Part shown: positions 52,340 to 63,945 of the stretch, piece by piece | Layout of the letters: every line of letters starts with the position of its first letter | Position numbering within the stretch: position 1 is the stretch's first letter | From: Octopus sinensis | Taxonomy: Eukaryota | DNA: 64,000 nt | Reading direction: 5' to 3' | Assembly: GCF_006345805.1 (NCBI RefSeq) | Contig: NC_043012.1 | Span: 21,886,001-21,950,000 of the forward strand | Notes under the pieces: model-generated | Database searches by the model: none | What the model was told of the DNA's origin: nothing | The model's input: the letters and a program-made list of their open reading frames with translations, nothing else | Translations under genes and position numbers: made by a program

Positions 52340-53235
52340 ATGAGGATAATGTATAGGCGAGAGGGTTTACCCCAAATAGACGCAACAGAGGGACCACCAA
52401 TTCAAATTGGCAGTAGTATGATAGATTTGGAGATTAAGGATATGAAGGCAGGGAAAATATCTGGTTCATCAGGAATCACTGCTGGAAGGTCACGTACACG
52501 TTTAAATCAAGTAGACCCAGAGGACGTCACGCCTAATGACTGGCATGGCAGTATCATCATCAACTTCTACACAGACAAAAGTAACACTGGAGAAGGAAAC
52601 GATGGATGTATTAAAACTGTTGGACCAGGTAATGAAGGTTGCAGAAAAGAGTTACGGTACCTATTTCTTTATTACCCACAAGGGGCTAAACACAGAGGGG
52701 ACAAACAAGGACAGACATAGGTATTAAGTCGATTACATCGACCCCAGTGCGTAACTGGTACTTAATTTATCGACCCCGAAAGGATGAAAGGCAAAGTCCA
52801 CCTCGGCGGAATTTGAACTCACAACGTAACGACAGACGAAATACAGCTACGCATTTCGCCCGGCGTGCTAACGATACGGTACCACTGATCAGAAGTGTCA
52901 GCATAAACGTCATCCGGTTTAGTTTTATGCCAGAAAGAAGTTTTACTAATGACATCTTCCTAGTGAGACAACTCTAGAAGTATCTAGTCAGGAATAAGCT
53001 CCTATATCTAGTTTTTGCCGTCCTAAAGAAAACTGTTGATCGGGTTCTCCTCTTTGAGATCTAGTGGTTACTGAGGAAGCTTGGAGTAGGTGAATGGCTT
53101 GTGAGAACCGTACAAGCGGTACAAAGAGGTGAGCATTAGTAAGTGTTAGTCACAAGTATAGTGATGAATTTAGCGTGAAGGTTGTAGTACACCAGGGCTC
53201 AATCCTTTGGCCCTGTTCTTTTCATTACAGTCGTC
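52340..53235 (+). mobile_element. Old RTE LINE, RT N-terminal half, inverted relative to 50430-52300; carries a SINE insertion
   Basis: MKAGKxSG, PNDW, IKLLDQVMKV, FSFMP, DIFLVRQL and HQGSIL match the 28225 copy. Confidence 0.7.
52662..52874 (-). mobile_element. SINE family B young monomer
   Basis: TSD TACGGTACC at 52653-52661 and 52875-52883. Confidence 0.88.
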
Positions 53236-53722
53236 CAATCATTCATCATTGTTCGACCGTGGTCGAGACAATGGAATTTACCATGCTACGCCAGACTTCA
53301 CGGTCCATCATGGCATTACGGAGGTCCTGTTGCTGGATGCCTGTATCCCTGGAGATTACATCAGGGTAGGAGAGTGTGCGCCCTCTGGTATTGCGAGTAA
53401 ATGGCTTCCAGAGGAGAAGAGTAGAAATTACTTCTTTTTCAGCTCTACAACAATGTCCAGCAAACTGGGCTCTCCTACCTTTCACAAGAGATGACACAGG
53501 TGGTAGTTTCCCATATATTTGCATTTTGGTTGGATGGCGCTTCCACGAGAGGTTTTGAGCTCTCATAAGGAGGCGAGTGTAGGTTCCATCCAACCGCCTC
53601 TCAAGCTTCTTTGATAACGTCCAGGTTTCTGAGCCATATAGTAGAATTGGTTCGACTGTGGCTTTGAAGATTTCAAGTTTGAAGTCTCTATTTAGATTTG
53701 ATGACCAGATCTTATGCATGTC
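53236..53722 (-). mobile_element. 5'-truncated RTE-X-like LINE 3' end with an uninterrupted 157-aa C-terminus
   Basis: EPILLYGSETW, LDGTYTRLL, SWKRHPT, IYGKLPPVS, RRAQFAGH, DREVW; short TGA-type tail. Inserted into the older RTE copy. Confidence 0.8.
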
Positions 53723-54049
53723 AATAAAGAATAAAGGATTCCGTAGATTGTAAATGTAGAGTGATAATTCTTTTCCCTCTGTGTGTGTGTGTGTAACTGG
53801 GTCATCCCATAAATAATGCGGTTTTTAATACTTCTTTTATTTATAAAAATTGTGGTAAGACACTGACCCCAGGACTTATTCTTTGTAAGGCTAGTAATTA
53901 TTGTATCAGTCTCTTTTACCGAACTGCTAAGTTATGGGGCACGTAAACACACTTGCATCGATTGTCATGCGATGGTAGTGATGGGGGGGGGGCAAACACA
54001 CGTACACACAGAGTTATGGCTTATTGTTGTTGACTCCTATTTTTTTCAA

Positions 54050-54305
54050 TTGTGAAGGAAAACCTGAAGAAGTTAGATATGAACAAAAGTGATTGGGAAA
54101 ATGATGCCCAAGATTGAAACAAGTGGAGCGGTGCTGTTGGGACTAGTTGCCAAGCCTGGGAGGAACAGATGATTCAGCACCCTGAAAAGGGCCAGTCGCA
54201 AAGGAACAATTGGAACTGTAATCAGCAGTGAACATTGGATATGCATTATATGTGAGCGTGTTCTGTTGTCAAAAGCAGGATATGTGAATCATACGAAGTT
54301 ACGTA
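54050..54305 (+). mobile_element. RTE/BovB-like LINE C-terminal fragment with C2H2-type zinc finger
   Basis: LKKLDMNKSDWENDAQD...W...KRASRK...WICIICERVLLSKAGYVNH. Confidence 0.6.
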
Positions 54306-54309
54306 ATTT

Positions 54310-54620
54310 CGTGTTGAAGGACGATGCCGGTAGCAGCGACTGCAACAACGAAAAGTGGCCGAGCAAGGAGTAGCGGAGAGGGGACAAACAAGGAACGTGT
54401 GCGACCATTCAAAGGACAGTGTTTCCGGAGTCAGGGCCCGCACGTCACCCAAGCCTGAGTTCATTTGCTACCGGTGTCGAGAAACAGGACATATAGCCAG
54501 CGAATGTCTGTGAGGAAAGGGTCTAAGGGAGACTACTGCGCTGGTAGTTATCCCTTCGGATCAATAGAGGCGTGTTTATCGTTACCTGTAGTCGACATTA
54601 TACAAACAAAAAAGGCCTTG
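54310..54620 (+). mobile_element. LTR retrotransposon (Gypsy-like) gag remnant with CCHC zinc knuckle
   Basis: ICYRCRETGHIASEC at 54463-54507, preceded by a degenerate first knuckle (FKGQCFRSQGPH) and followed by LPVVD, resembling a protease start. Confidence 0.6.
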
Positions 54621-54876
54621 CGGCTCTAAGACGAGACGGATACATGGGCAACAGACGGAAAATATCCTGTTAGACAGGAAACGTAATGAGACAAGATAAA
54701 AAGAAAACTCGGTGAAAAAACAAACCGTGTTAAAAGTAGAACAGATGAGAGAAACGTCGTCAGACGTAAAAAGGAAATGGAGAAGAGAGGTGAGAATAGC
54801 CACGGGTCACGTGGGAGGAGAGAGAGGAAAAGTGATAGAGGGCGGAGTGACAGAAAACAACGGAGAGGAAAGAGGG

Positions 54877-54914
<38 letters not shown>

Positions 54915-54921
54915 GTATAAA

Positions 54922-55312
54922 GTAGGAGTAGGAGCACTCCGTCGGTTGCGACGATGAGGGTCCCAGCTGATACGATCAACGGAGCAGCTTGCTCGTGATA
55001 TTAACGTGCAAGTGGCTGAGCACTCCACAGACACGTGTACCCATAACGTAGTTCTCGGGGAGAATCAGCGTGACACAGAGTGTGACAAGGCTGGCCCTTT
55101 GAAATACAGGTACAACAGAAACAGGAAGTAAGAGCGAGAGAAAGTTGTGGTGAAAGAGTACAGCAGGGTTCACCACCACCCCCTGCCGGAGCCTCGTGGA
55201 GCTTTAGGTGTTTTCACTCAATAAACACTCACAATGCCCGGTCTGGGAATCGAAACCGCGATCCTCCGACCGTGAGTCCGCTGCCCTAACCACTGGGCCA
55301 TTGCGCCTCCAC
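54922..55312 (-). mobile_element. SINE family C
   Basis: TSD AGATCGTATAAA (54910-54921, 55313-55324). Confidence 0.9.
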
Positions 55313-56229
55313 AGATCGTATAAACAATGTCCGACTGAATGGGCAAAAAATAAGAAGCGTGCGTAGCGTTACATTAAGTAATAAGTTCCAAAATTTGAAC
55401 AGAAACGCAATAAAGGAACATACGGAGAATTCATATATATATAGTCAAGTAGAAAGAAAAAAATGATTGAATTTATCTAACAACCCTATACAATGTTTCT
55501 CGAATCACTAAAAAGTTTTATATACTGGGCTCGCAAAAGGCGGTGAACTTGCAGAATCGTTAGCGAGTCGGACTTAGCGGCATTTTTTCCCCGGTTCTTT
55601 ACGCTATGACTTCAAATTTCGCTGAGATCTACTCCGTCTTTCAGCCTTTTGGGATGAAATCGACCAGCCGTTACCCACAAAATTTCAGGCCTTGTTCCTA
55701 TAGCATAATGGATATTATGGACATGGAAATGTGGTCGTACAGTAATTGATAATTTTGGCACAAAGTAAGCTAAAGTAGTCTGACTGGAAATGTTATTCTC
55801 CAGTTAGGCACATGATAGGCACAACGTACCTTTTTTTTTTCTTTAAAAACATAGTGTTCTACTGTGTCATCAATAATGCGATCGTCTAGTCATTGATAGA
55901 AACAATGTATTTGAAGCAGACAGGCGCTTTATAATGTAATCAGTTAAACGGTCGCCCGGCAAGCAATAGATTATTTAGGAAGGAGACATTCCTCTATGTA
56001 ATTGCGGTCGTCTGCAGAGCGATTTTAGGTGCATGGTACTTTTTTTTTTCGTTTTTTAATGTAAGAGCATAATAAATTGTACCGAATTGGAAAAACCTAA
56101 TAATACTATTGATGTCGACAACATTGATAATAATACTGGAAAGAAGGTGGTGGTAGAGGAAAGAAGGAGGAAGACGAAAAGAGCAGAAGAAAACCTTTTC
56201 TTGTTTGCTAGACCTGTTAGAAACAGTCA

Positions 56230-56573
56230 AGGAGGCGCAATGGCCCAGTGGTTAGGGCAGCGGACTCGCGGTCATAGGATCGCGGTTTCGATTCCCAGAC
56301 CGGGCGTTGTGAGTGTTTATTGAGCGAAAACACCTAAAGCTCCACGAGGCTCCGGCAGGGGATGGTGGTGATCCCTGCTGTACTCTTTCACCACAACTTT
56401 CTCTCACTCTTACTTCCTGTTTCTGTTGTACTCTCTGTGTCACGCTGAATATCCCCGAGAACTACGTGTCTGTGGAGTGCTCAGCCACTTACACATTAAT
56501 TTCACGAGCAGGCCGTTCCGTTGATTCAGATCAACCGGAACCCTAATCGTCGTAACCGACGGAGTGCTTCCAC
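56230..56573 (+). mobile_element. SINE family C with two small internal deletions
   Basis: TSD AGAAACAGTCA (56219-56229, 56574-56584). Confidence 0.88.
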
Positions 56574-56748
56574 AGAAACAGTCAGCAAATTTCCTCCCAA
56601 ATACGCCCTATTGTCTTTAAACAGCTCTCATTAAATAATGTAGTCCAGAGTACACTACGTTTGAAAAAAAGGACAGGCATGTTCTTGGTCCTTGGTTTGA
56701 TCGACCAGGTATGCTGAATAATCCTTTCTACTGAAGGCACGTGGTCCG

Positions 56749-57130
56749 AAATTTGGTAGGAGGGGACTGATCGATTACATCGATCCCCAATGTTCACAAT
56801 GTTCAACTGGTACTTATTGTATCGACCCCGTGAAGATGAAAGACAAAGTGGACCTCGGCGGATTTTGAACTCAGAACTTAGCGGCAGACGAAATACCTAT
56901 TTCTTTACTACCCACAAGGGGCTAAACTCAGAGGGGACAAACAAGGACCGACAAACGGATTAAGTCGATTATATCGACCCCAGTGCGTAACTGGTACTTA
57001 TTTCATCGACCTCGAAAGGATGAAAGGTAAAGTCGACCTCGGCGGAATTTGAACTCGGAACGTAACGGCAGACGAAATACCACTAAGCATTTTTGCCAGA
57101 CGTGCTAACGATTCTGCCAGCCCATCGCCT
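56749..57130 (-). mobile_element. SINE family B dimer: young unit followed by a unit carrying the older tail
   Basis: Same GTATTTC junction near 56894; the distal unit ends ...ATCGATCAGTCCCCTCCTACCAAATTT (old-type tail). Confidence 0.8.
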
Positions 57131-57542
57131 TAGATCTACTAAATAATAACAAATTATCAAATAAGCAGCCTCATCACGAATATAGAACAATTTAAAAATA
57201 TAGTAATCTAAGGAGAACAACAGAGACGGGCCAGTGATATGAATTTTGTTATATGTCGGGTGGTCATTTTATTTTTCATGCCACGCACTATTTATTCGTT
57301 CTTCACGTGTTTACTATTGCTCTTAATTCATGTCCATTGTCTGGAAAAATCTTTCATCACACACCTGTGACCTCTCCAGCAACTCTCCATCCCTTGTGTC
57401 TCCTCCTGTTTAATCGATTCTGTCTTTCTATGGTGTGTATTCTTATCTGCGCATGTATCTGTGTGTGTCTGTGCGTGCATGTGTGTGTGTTTGTACGCGT
57501 CTCTACGTGTTTTGCTTTTATTTTGTGTGTGTGTGTGTGTGA

Positions 57543-57588
<46 letters not shown>

Positions 57589-57609
57589 TGTGTGTGTGTG
57601 TGTGTGTAT

Positions 57610-59194
57610 GGGTTTGCCTACTATACAGTTTGTACCCATATGAATTTTGTTTTGGTGTTACTTTCTGTCATCCATACATTTTGTGCTACACGATTAGTCA
57701 AAAGCATAATCTAAGGGAAGCAACTCAAGAGTCTCGGTTATGGATTATTTCCCTTAATAATTGTCTTTAATCCTAGAAACGGTGGCGTATGCAGAATTTA
57801 ACTATGATCCTTTACATTTTGATTTCAGATTCCTTTGGGATCGACTTTGCCATTTTTCTTTTCGGGCTTCACAAAATAAGTTCAAATCTATTATTCATAT
57901 GGATCTAATCGACAGTTTACCTATCCTACAAAATTTGTTGTCTTAACGTAAAAAAATTATTATTCCACGCGGGTAAAGGTTGGTGGAAATAACGGAACAC
58001 CGCACGAATTATATTGATCTATTCAGTTATGCCCTTCTATATTTTGAATTCTAATCCAGATATGGAGTTCACTCTGCGTTTTATTCTTTCGTTGTCAAAA
58101 AAACAAACAAACAAAAAAAAAACTAATCATTAAGTACCAATGAAATACTGAGATCGATTCGGCCCAACTTTATGAATAAATAAACAAACAAATGAATATA
58201 TAAATAAAATGTGAGGATGCTGCGTTCCATATTCAAGACGAAATGCGTTTGAGAAACTGGGCTTCCAAACCTGTGGTCTTGCATTTAGATTCTCTGCAGG
58301 GCATCTTATGGAGGTGTCTGACCAATGCATTGTGTCTGGATTTAGTAGACGTAAAGTGAAAGAAACCCGTCTTATGTGTGTGTGTGTGTGTGTGTTGTGT
58401 GTGTGTGTGGTGTGTGTGTGTGTGTGTGTGTGTGGGTTTGCCTACTATACAGTTTGTACCCATATGAATTTTGTTTTGGTGTTACTTTCTGTCATCCATA
58501 CATTTTGTGCTACACGATTAGTCAAAAGCATAATCTAAGGGAAGCAACTCAAGAGTCTCGGTTATGGATTATTTCCCTTAATAATTGTCTTTAATCCTAG
58601 AAACGGTGGCGTATGCAGAATTTAACTATGATCCTTTACATTTTGATTTCAGATTCCTTGGATCGACTTTGCCATTTTTCTTTTCGGGCTTCACAAAATA
58701 AGTTCAAATCTATTATTCATATGGATCTAATCGACAGTTTACCTATCCTACAAAATTTGTTGTCTTAACGTAAAAAATTATTATTCCACGCGCGGTAAAG
58801 GTTGGTGGAAATAACGGAACACACCGCACGAATTATATTGATCTATTCAGTTATGCCCTTCTATATTTTGAATTCTAATCCAGATATGGAGTTCACTCTG
58901 CGTTTTATTCTTTCGTTGTCAAAAAAACAAACAAACAAAAAAAAACTAATCATTAAGTACCAATGAAATACTGAGATCGATTCGGCCCACTTTATGAATA
59001 AATAAACAAACAAATGAATATATAAATAAAATGTGAGGATGCTGCGTTCCATATTCAAGACGAAATGCGTTTGAGAAACTGGGCTTCCAAACCTGTGGTC
59101 TTGCATTTGATTCTCTGCAGGGCATCTTATGGAGGTTCTGACCAATGCATTGTGTCTGGATTTAGTAGACGTAAAGTGAAAGAAACCGTCTTAT
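57610..59194. repeat. Direct tandem duplication of an about 765-bp unit (57610-58375, 58434-59194) separated and flanked by microsatellites
   Basis: The two copies are identical apart from small indels. Confidence 0.93.
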
Positions 59195-59538
59195 GTGTGG
59201 TGTGTGTATGTATGTATGTATGTATGTATGTATGTATGTATGTATGTATGTATGTATGTGTGTATGCGTGTATGCGTGTATGCGTGTATGTGTGTGTGTG
59301 TTTGTTTGTATGTATGCATGTATGCACGTGTATGTATGTATGTATGTACGTATGTACGTACGTGCGTACGTACGTACGTATGTATGTATGTATGTATGTA
59401 TGTATGTATGTATGTATGTATGTATGTATGTACGTACGTACGTACGTACGTACGTATGTATGTATGTATGTATGTATGTATGTACGTACGTACGTACGTA
59501 CGTATGTATGTATGTATGTATGTATGTATGTACGTACG
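59195..59538. repeat. Compound (GTAT)n/(GTAC)n microsatellite
   Basis: Directly visible. Confidence 0.97.
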
Positions 59539-60212
59539 TGAGGATGGCTCCTTCACAGATAACCCAACCAAGATCAGTGAGGTACTGAAAGACCAGTTCA
59601 AAAGTATCTTTACCACCCCGTTGCAACACAGATAAGTGAACGAACCAGAGGATTTCTTTGCCACCTTACCTATAACCAACGAGGCAGTTACGATGGATTA
59701 CATCGACATTGAGGAAGAAAATATAATACTAGCCGTGGATGAGGTGGACACAGGCTCAACTGTTAGCACTGATGGTTTCCCAGCAGTCCTCCTCAAATCG
59801 TCTAAACGTGCCCTGGCGAAACCACTACAGATCCTATTCTTGAGCTTTTTTGCGAATGGCAAGGTGCCAAGTAAACTGAAGGAGGGAATAATATGCCCAA
59901 TTTATAAAGAAGGAAGCGAGCAGATGCCAAAAATTATAGGCCTATCTCTCTGACTCCACACATTAACAAAGTCATAGAACGAATCGTAAGATGGAAACTA
60001 ATCCCATTCCTTGAAGAAAACGACTTGCTGAGTGATACCCAGCATGGCTTTGGACCAAGTAGGATCTGCCTAAAACAGCTCCTATAGCACTATTACTCGG
60101 TGTTGAATCAGTTACTCAACAACTCAAATGTGGACGCAATATACCTTGACTTTGCAGAAGCTTTTGATAAAGTTGATCATGGTATGATATGCACAAACTG
60201 CGTGATCTTGGC
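59539..60212 (+). mobile_element. CR1/L2-type LINE RT N-terminal fragment
   Basis: LKDQFKSIFT, DGFPAVLLK, LAKPLQILF, ICPIYKEG, NYRPISLT, QHGF, YLDFAEAFDKVDH. Confidence 0.88.
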
Positions 60213-60329
60213 ATATATATTTACATACTTACACACCACACACACACATGTGGTGGTTTAATAAAGTATGTGATTGAGTATTATCTGGTAATTGATATTT
60301 GATTTAGATGTATTTCTCCTTTTCTTATC

Positions 60330-60513
60330 TTGTATATATATATATATAATATATATATAATACACACATATATATGTATGTATGTATGTACATATATATA
60401 TATATACATAATATATATGTATGTATGTATGTACATATATATATATTATATATATATTATGTACTTATATATATATGTATATATATATATATATATATAA
60501 TATATATATGTAT

Positions 60514-60552
<39 letters not shown>

Positions 60553-60656
60553 GTATATATATATATGTATTATATATATATGTATGTATGTATACATATG
60601 TAGGTATATATATATATATGTATGTATATATATGTATATATATATATATATGTATG

Positions 60657-60721
<65 letters not shown>

Positions 60722-60851
60722 CATATTAATACATATATTATATATATACATATATATATACATACATATATACATACATATATATATACATACATATATA
60801 TATACATACACCATATATATATATATATGTAATATATATATAATTGTATAT

Positions 60852-60920
<69 letters not shown>
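60330..60920. repeat. About 600-bp degenerate (TA)n/(TATG)n tract
   Basis: Directly visible. Confidence 0.97.
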
Positions 60921-60923
<3 letters not shown>

Positions 60924-61006
60924 ATTGAGATTCAATTGAATAGGTACCTAAGTTGAAGCACCAGTCAGTCCGGTATTATCGCACAGCTCGAAGTGAGATG
61001 AATAAA

Positions 61007-61363
61007 ATCAAAATAAGTAACAGGATGTCAAGTAGTAATGCAGTACGACTATTTCAAGCGACTCCATTTAATTGATCAATGCAATCATTACATCAATTTA
61101 AATACAGCACTATCTTCAGTAATCTGCTTTCTTAGCTATTCTTGCTACAATAGCGACAACACGAATTTCTTCCATCCACTTGCTCTTTTAAGATATTTAA
61201 GAAAAATAATATTTATGTATTTTGTCTGTTGAAGTTCTATATTTGTGCTGCTGAAGACAGCGCTGTATTTAAATTGATGTAATGATTGCATTGTTCAATT
61301 AAATGGAGTCGCCTGAAACGGTCGTACTGCATTACTCGTTGAAATCTTGTTACTTATTTTGAT
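61007..61363. mobile_element. MITE-like element with about 112-bp terminal inverted repeats
   Basis: ATCAAAATAAGTAACAGG...CTTCAG (61007-61118) is the near-perfect reverse complement of CTGAAG...TTACTTATTTTGAT (61251-61363). Confidence 0.85.
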
Positions 61364-62094
61364 ATATATATATAGGGGCATGATGTGGTGAGGAATGATG
61401 TGATGTAGTTGTGTGTGGTGTGGTGTGGCGGTGTTGGTTTTTTGAGGATGTTAAGGTGGGGTGTAGGTTTGAGGTGAGGATGTGGGGATGGGATGGGGTA
61501 GTGGTGTTGGGATATGTAGGTGTGTGGTGTGGATGGAGGCGTGACGATGAAGGGAGAAGGTGGGTAGAAGTGAAGTGTGGAAGTAGGTGTCAGGACAAGA
61601 GAAGAGAGAAGAGGTGGGTTGGAGCGAAGAGAGGAAGTAGGTGTAAGATGAAGAGAAGAGAGGAAGGGAGTCAGATGAACAGAGGAGGGTGTTGAGACCA
61701 TGTGGCGCGAAGGAACGAAGAGAGAAGATTAATATTTGTTCACGGCGAAGGCGAGAGTCCAGATGGCACCTCTGTAAAGATCCAAATGCTCTCCGTATAA
61801 AATACTCTTAATAGTGCTCAAGAGAATTAAACTTGAGCGGGTATAGAAGCATATGTGGAGATAAGCAAATTAGACAGATCATGATATAAAGTATATTAAA
61901 TACATGCAATACAATATATTTCATGTTTGTATTCGTACCCTTTATACAGTTTTTTATGCCTCTAATATATATATATATATATATATATATTGATAGAAAT
62001 GGTAAGACAAGAAAATAATGAAAGAGACCTCGATATTATGTAAATAGAGGAATTTATCAGTAAATATAATATGTGACAGTTATTCGGTAGCCAT

Positions 62095-62155
62095 GATAAA
62101 ACTCCGAGTTTCGGATGTCGGGGCGGAAACTCACGCCGCCATCTCTTCAGTTATC
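62095..62155 (-). ncRNA. Type I hammerhead ribozyme motif, near-intact (one extra C at the base of stem II)
   Basis: Minus strand: GAUAA, CUGAAGA, GAUG...CAUC(C), GAAA, CUCGGAG, U, U17, UUAUC. Palindromic stem III ACUCGGAGU. About 105 nt from a (TA)n tract. Confidence 0.65.
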
Positions 62156-62539
62156 GGGCCGTCGAAAAGATGCTATGAAAATGACCGTTAAACAAAAGGA
62201 AATTACTGTGTGATTGACCGTTATTAAGACAAAAGAGCTATTAGAATGACCACTAAGTGAGAGGTGGGAGTAAAGATAAAGGAGTAAAAATGTCCATAGT
62301 ATTCGCGTAAGCGTGCATGTCCATACACACACAGCGCGCCTGCACACCCACATACATGCGCCTATAAGTATATACTCATCCACCCTCACTCGAAACACAC
62401 ACATGCTCACCCACACATTCGCCCCAAAAATATATACATACCCGCATACACGCTCGCACGCACACACACACACACCACACACACACACCACACACACACG
62501 CACACACACACACGCACACAAAAGATGTTCATACACAAG

Positions 62540-62870
62540 TCTATATACGCACATACACAACAGGGCTAAAGGCAAAATACAGAAAAAAAGTGTAAAAAAT
62601 AAGCAATAAGAGTAAAGCACGTCTATATACACACATACTCGTATTCACGCACACACACACGTCTATATACGCGCATACCCGCACACGTCTATATACGCAC
62701 ACACACATACGCGCACAAAAACGGTTCATACACACGTCTATATACATACATATACCCGCACACACACACATCCACATGCGCGACCAAAAGATTCCATATA
62801 CACGTCTATATATGCACAGGGAAAATGCAGGGTCGAAAGTAGAATACAGAAAAATATATGTGTAAAAAAT
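62540..62870. repeat. CA-rich minisatellite built on CACGTCTATATAC
   Basis: About six copies with variable (CA)-rich spacers, plus a duplicated CAGGG...AATACAGAAAAAA block. Confidence 0.75.
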
Positions 62871-62972
62871 ATACGAGCAGGTGCTCCAGCATGGCCGCAG
62901 TCAAATGACTGAAACAAGTAAAAGATATATATTATATATATATATATAATATATATTATATATATATTAGAG

Positions 62973-63004
<32 letters not shown>

Positions 63005-63049
63005 GAGAGAGTTCGCAAGGCATTTGACAACATACATTTTTGGGATCAT

Positions 63050-63335
63050 TGTTGCATTTTGCTAACTCTGTATAATCTGTTTTTCAGAAAATAATAATGA
63101 CAGACCCTCAGCTTACTCAAGAAATGACGAGGCATGCTGTTATTGCGGTTATAAAGGCTGAGCATAGCGATTTAGAAATATCTCAATTTTTAAAAGTTGC
63201 CAGATCTTTCGTGTGCAAAGTTTGTAAGGATCTAGAGATTGAAGACGGAAATGTATCACCTGTATCAAAGCATAGAAAGCATTCTAAATGCTCTGAAATC
63301 ATCAGAACACCTGAATTATCCAACAAATTTAACAG
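63050..63335 (+). mobile_element. Tc1/mariner-superfamily transposase N-terminal (HTH) fragment, truncated
   Basis: RHAVIAVIKAEHSDLEISQFLKVARSFVCKV...RKHSKCSEIIRTPE resembles maT/DD37D-type N-termini. No catalytic domain in view. Confidence 0.6.
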
Positions 63336-63540
63336 ACCATTAAATCTGTCCTCAAATATCTTACGCACCCTGTATTATATATATAATATATATATATATA
63401 TATTATTTATATAATAATATATTATAATAATTAATATAAAGGATAAAATTAATTAATAATTCGTAATTTTACCAAGTAGTTCGGTATGTTAGAAGAACCT
63501 TTATCGGTAACCTTATACAAAAATTCTATAATTATAAGTA

Positions 63541-63747
63541 TAATTATAATTATGGTTCAGCAAATTGCTTCACCACATACCGAAATTTAGAAATAGCAGT
63601 TAAATACTATTCCTCTACTATAAGATATCTCCCAGACAGCAATACTCTTAATTCTGGGCGATATCTTATGGTAGAGGATTAGTATTTAACTGTTATTTCT
63701 AAATTTCGGTATGTGGGGAATCAATTACTGAACTCCAATTATAATTA
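63541..63747. repeat. Long fold-back; arms about 95 bp, 16-nt loop
   Basis: CCACATACCGAAATTTAGAAATAGCAGTTAAATACT...CCCAGA versus TCTGGG...AGTATTTAACTGTTATTTCTAAATTTCGGTATGTGG. Confidence 0.88.
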
Positions 63748-63776
63748 TGCTTGTATATATATATTAATATATATAT

Positions 63777-63807
<31 letters not shown>

Positions 63808-63910
63808 AAGTTAATCCAAACAAGAAAGCACAAAAAAAAAACACAACAACGCGAGGACGTGGAACAAATATAGTATTATTGGACGCTCAGGAAAGAAGGA
63901 AAGAAGGAGG

Positions 63911-63945
63911 GTTTAACGGTTCGAGCGGAGGTCTTCGTCGGAAAC
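63911..63945 (-). ncRNA. Degenerate minimal type I hammerhead (PLE-type)
   Basis: Minus strand: GUUU, CCGACGA, A, GACC-UCC-GCUC, GAAC, CGUU, AAAC. Deviates from the canonical core at U4 and A15.1 and has one stem II mismatch. About 100 nt from (TA)n. Confidence 0.4.

Noticed and set aside
59065-60956. Many ORFs of YI, CV, MYVC and HT repeats here and elsewhere
   Set aside because: Translations of microsatellites.
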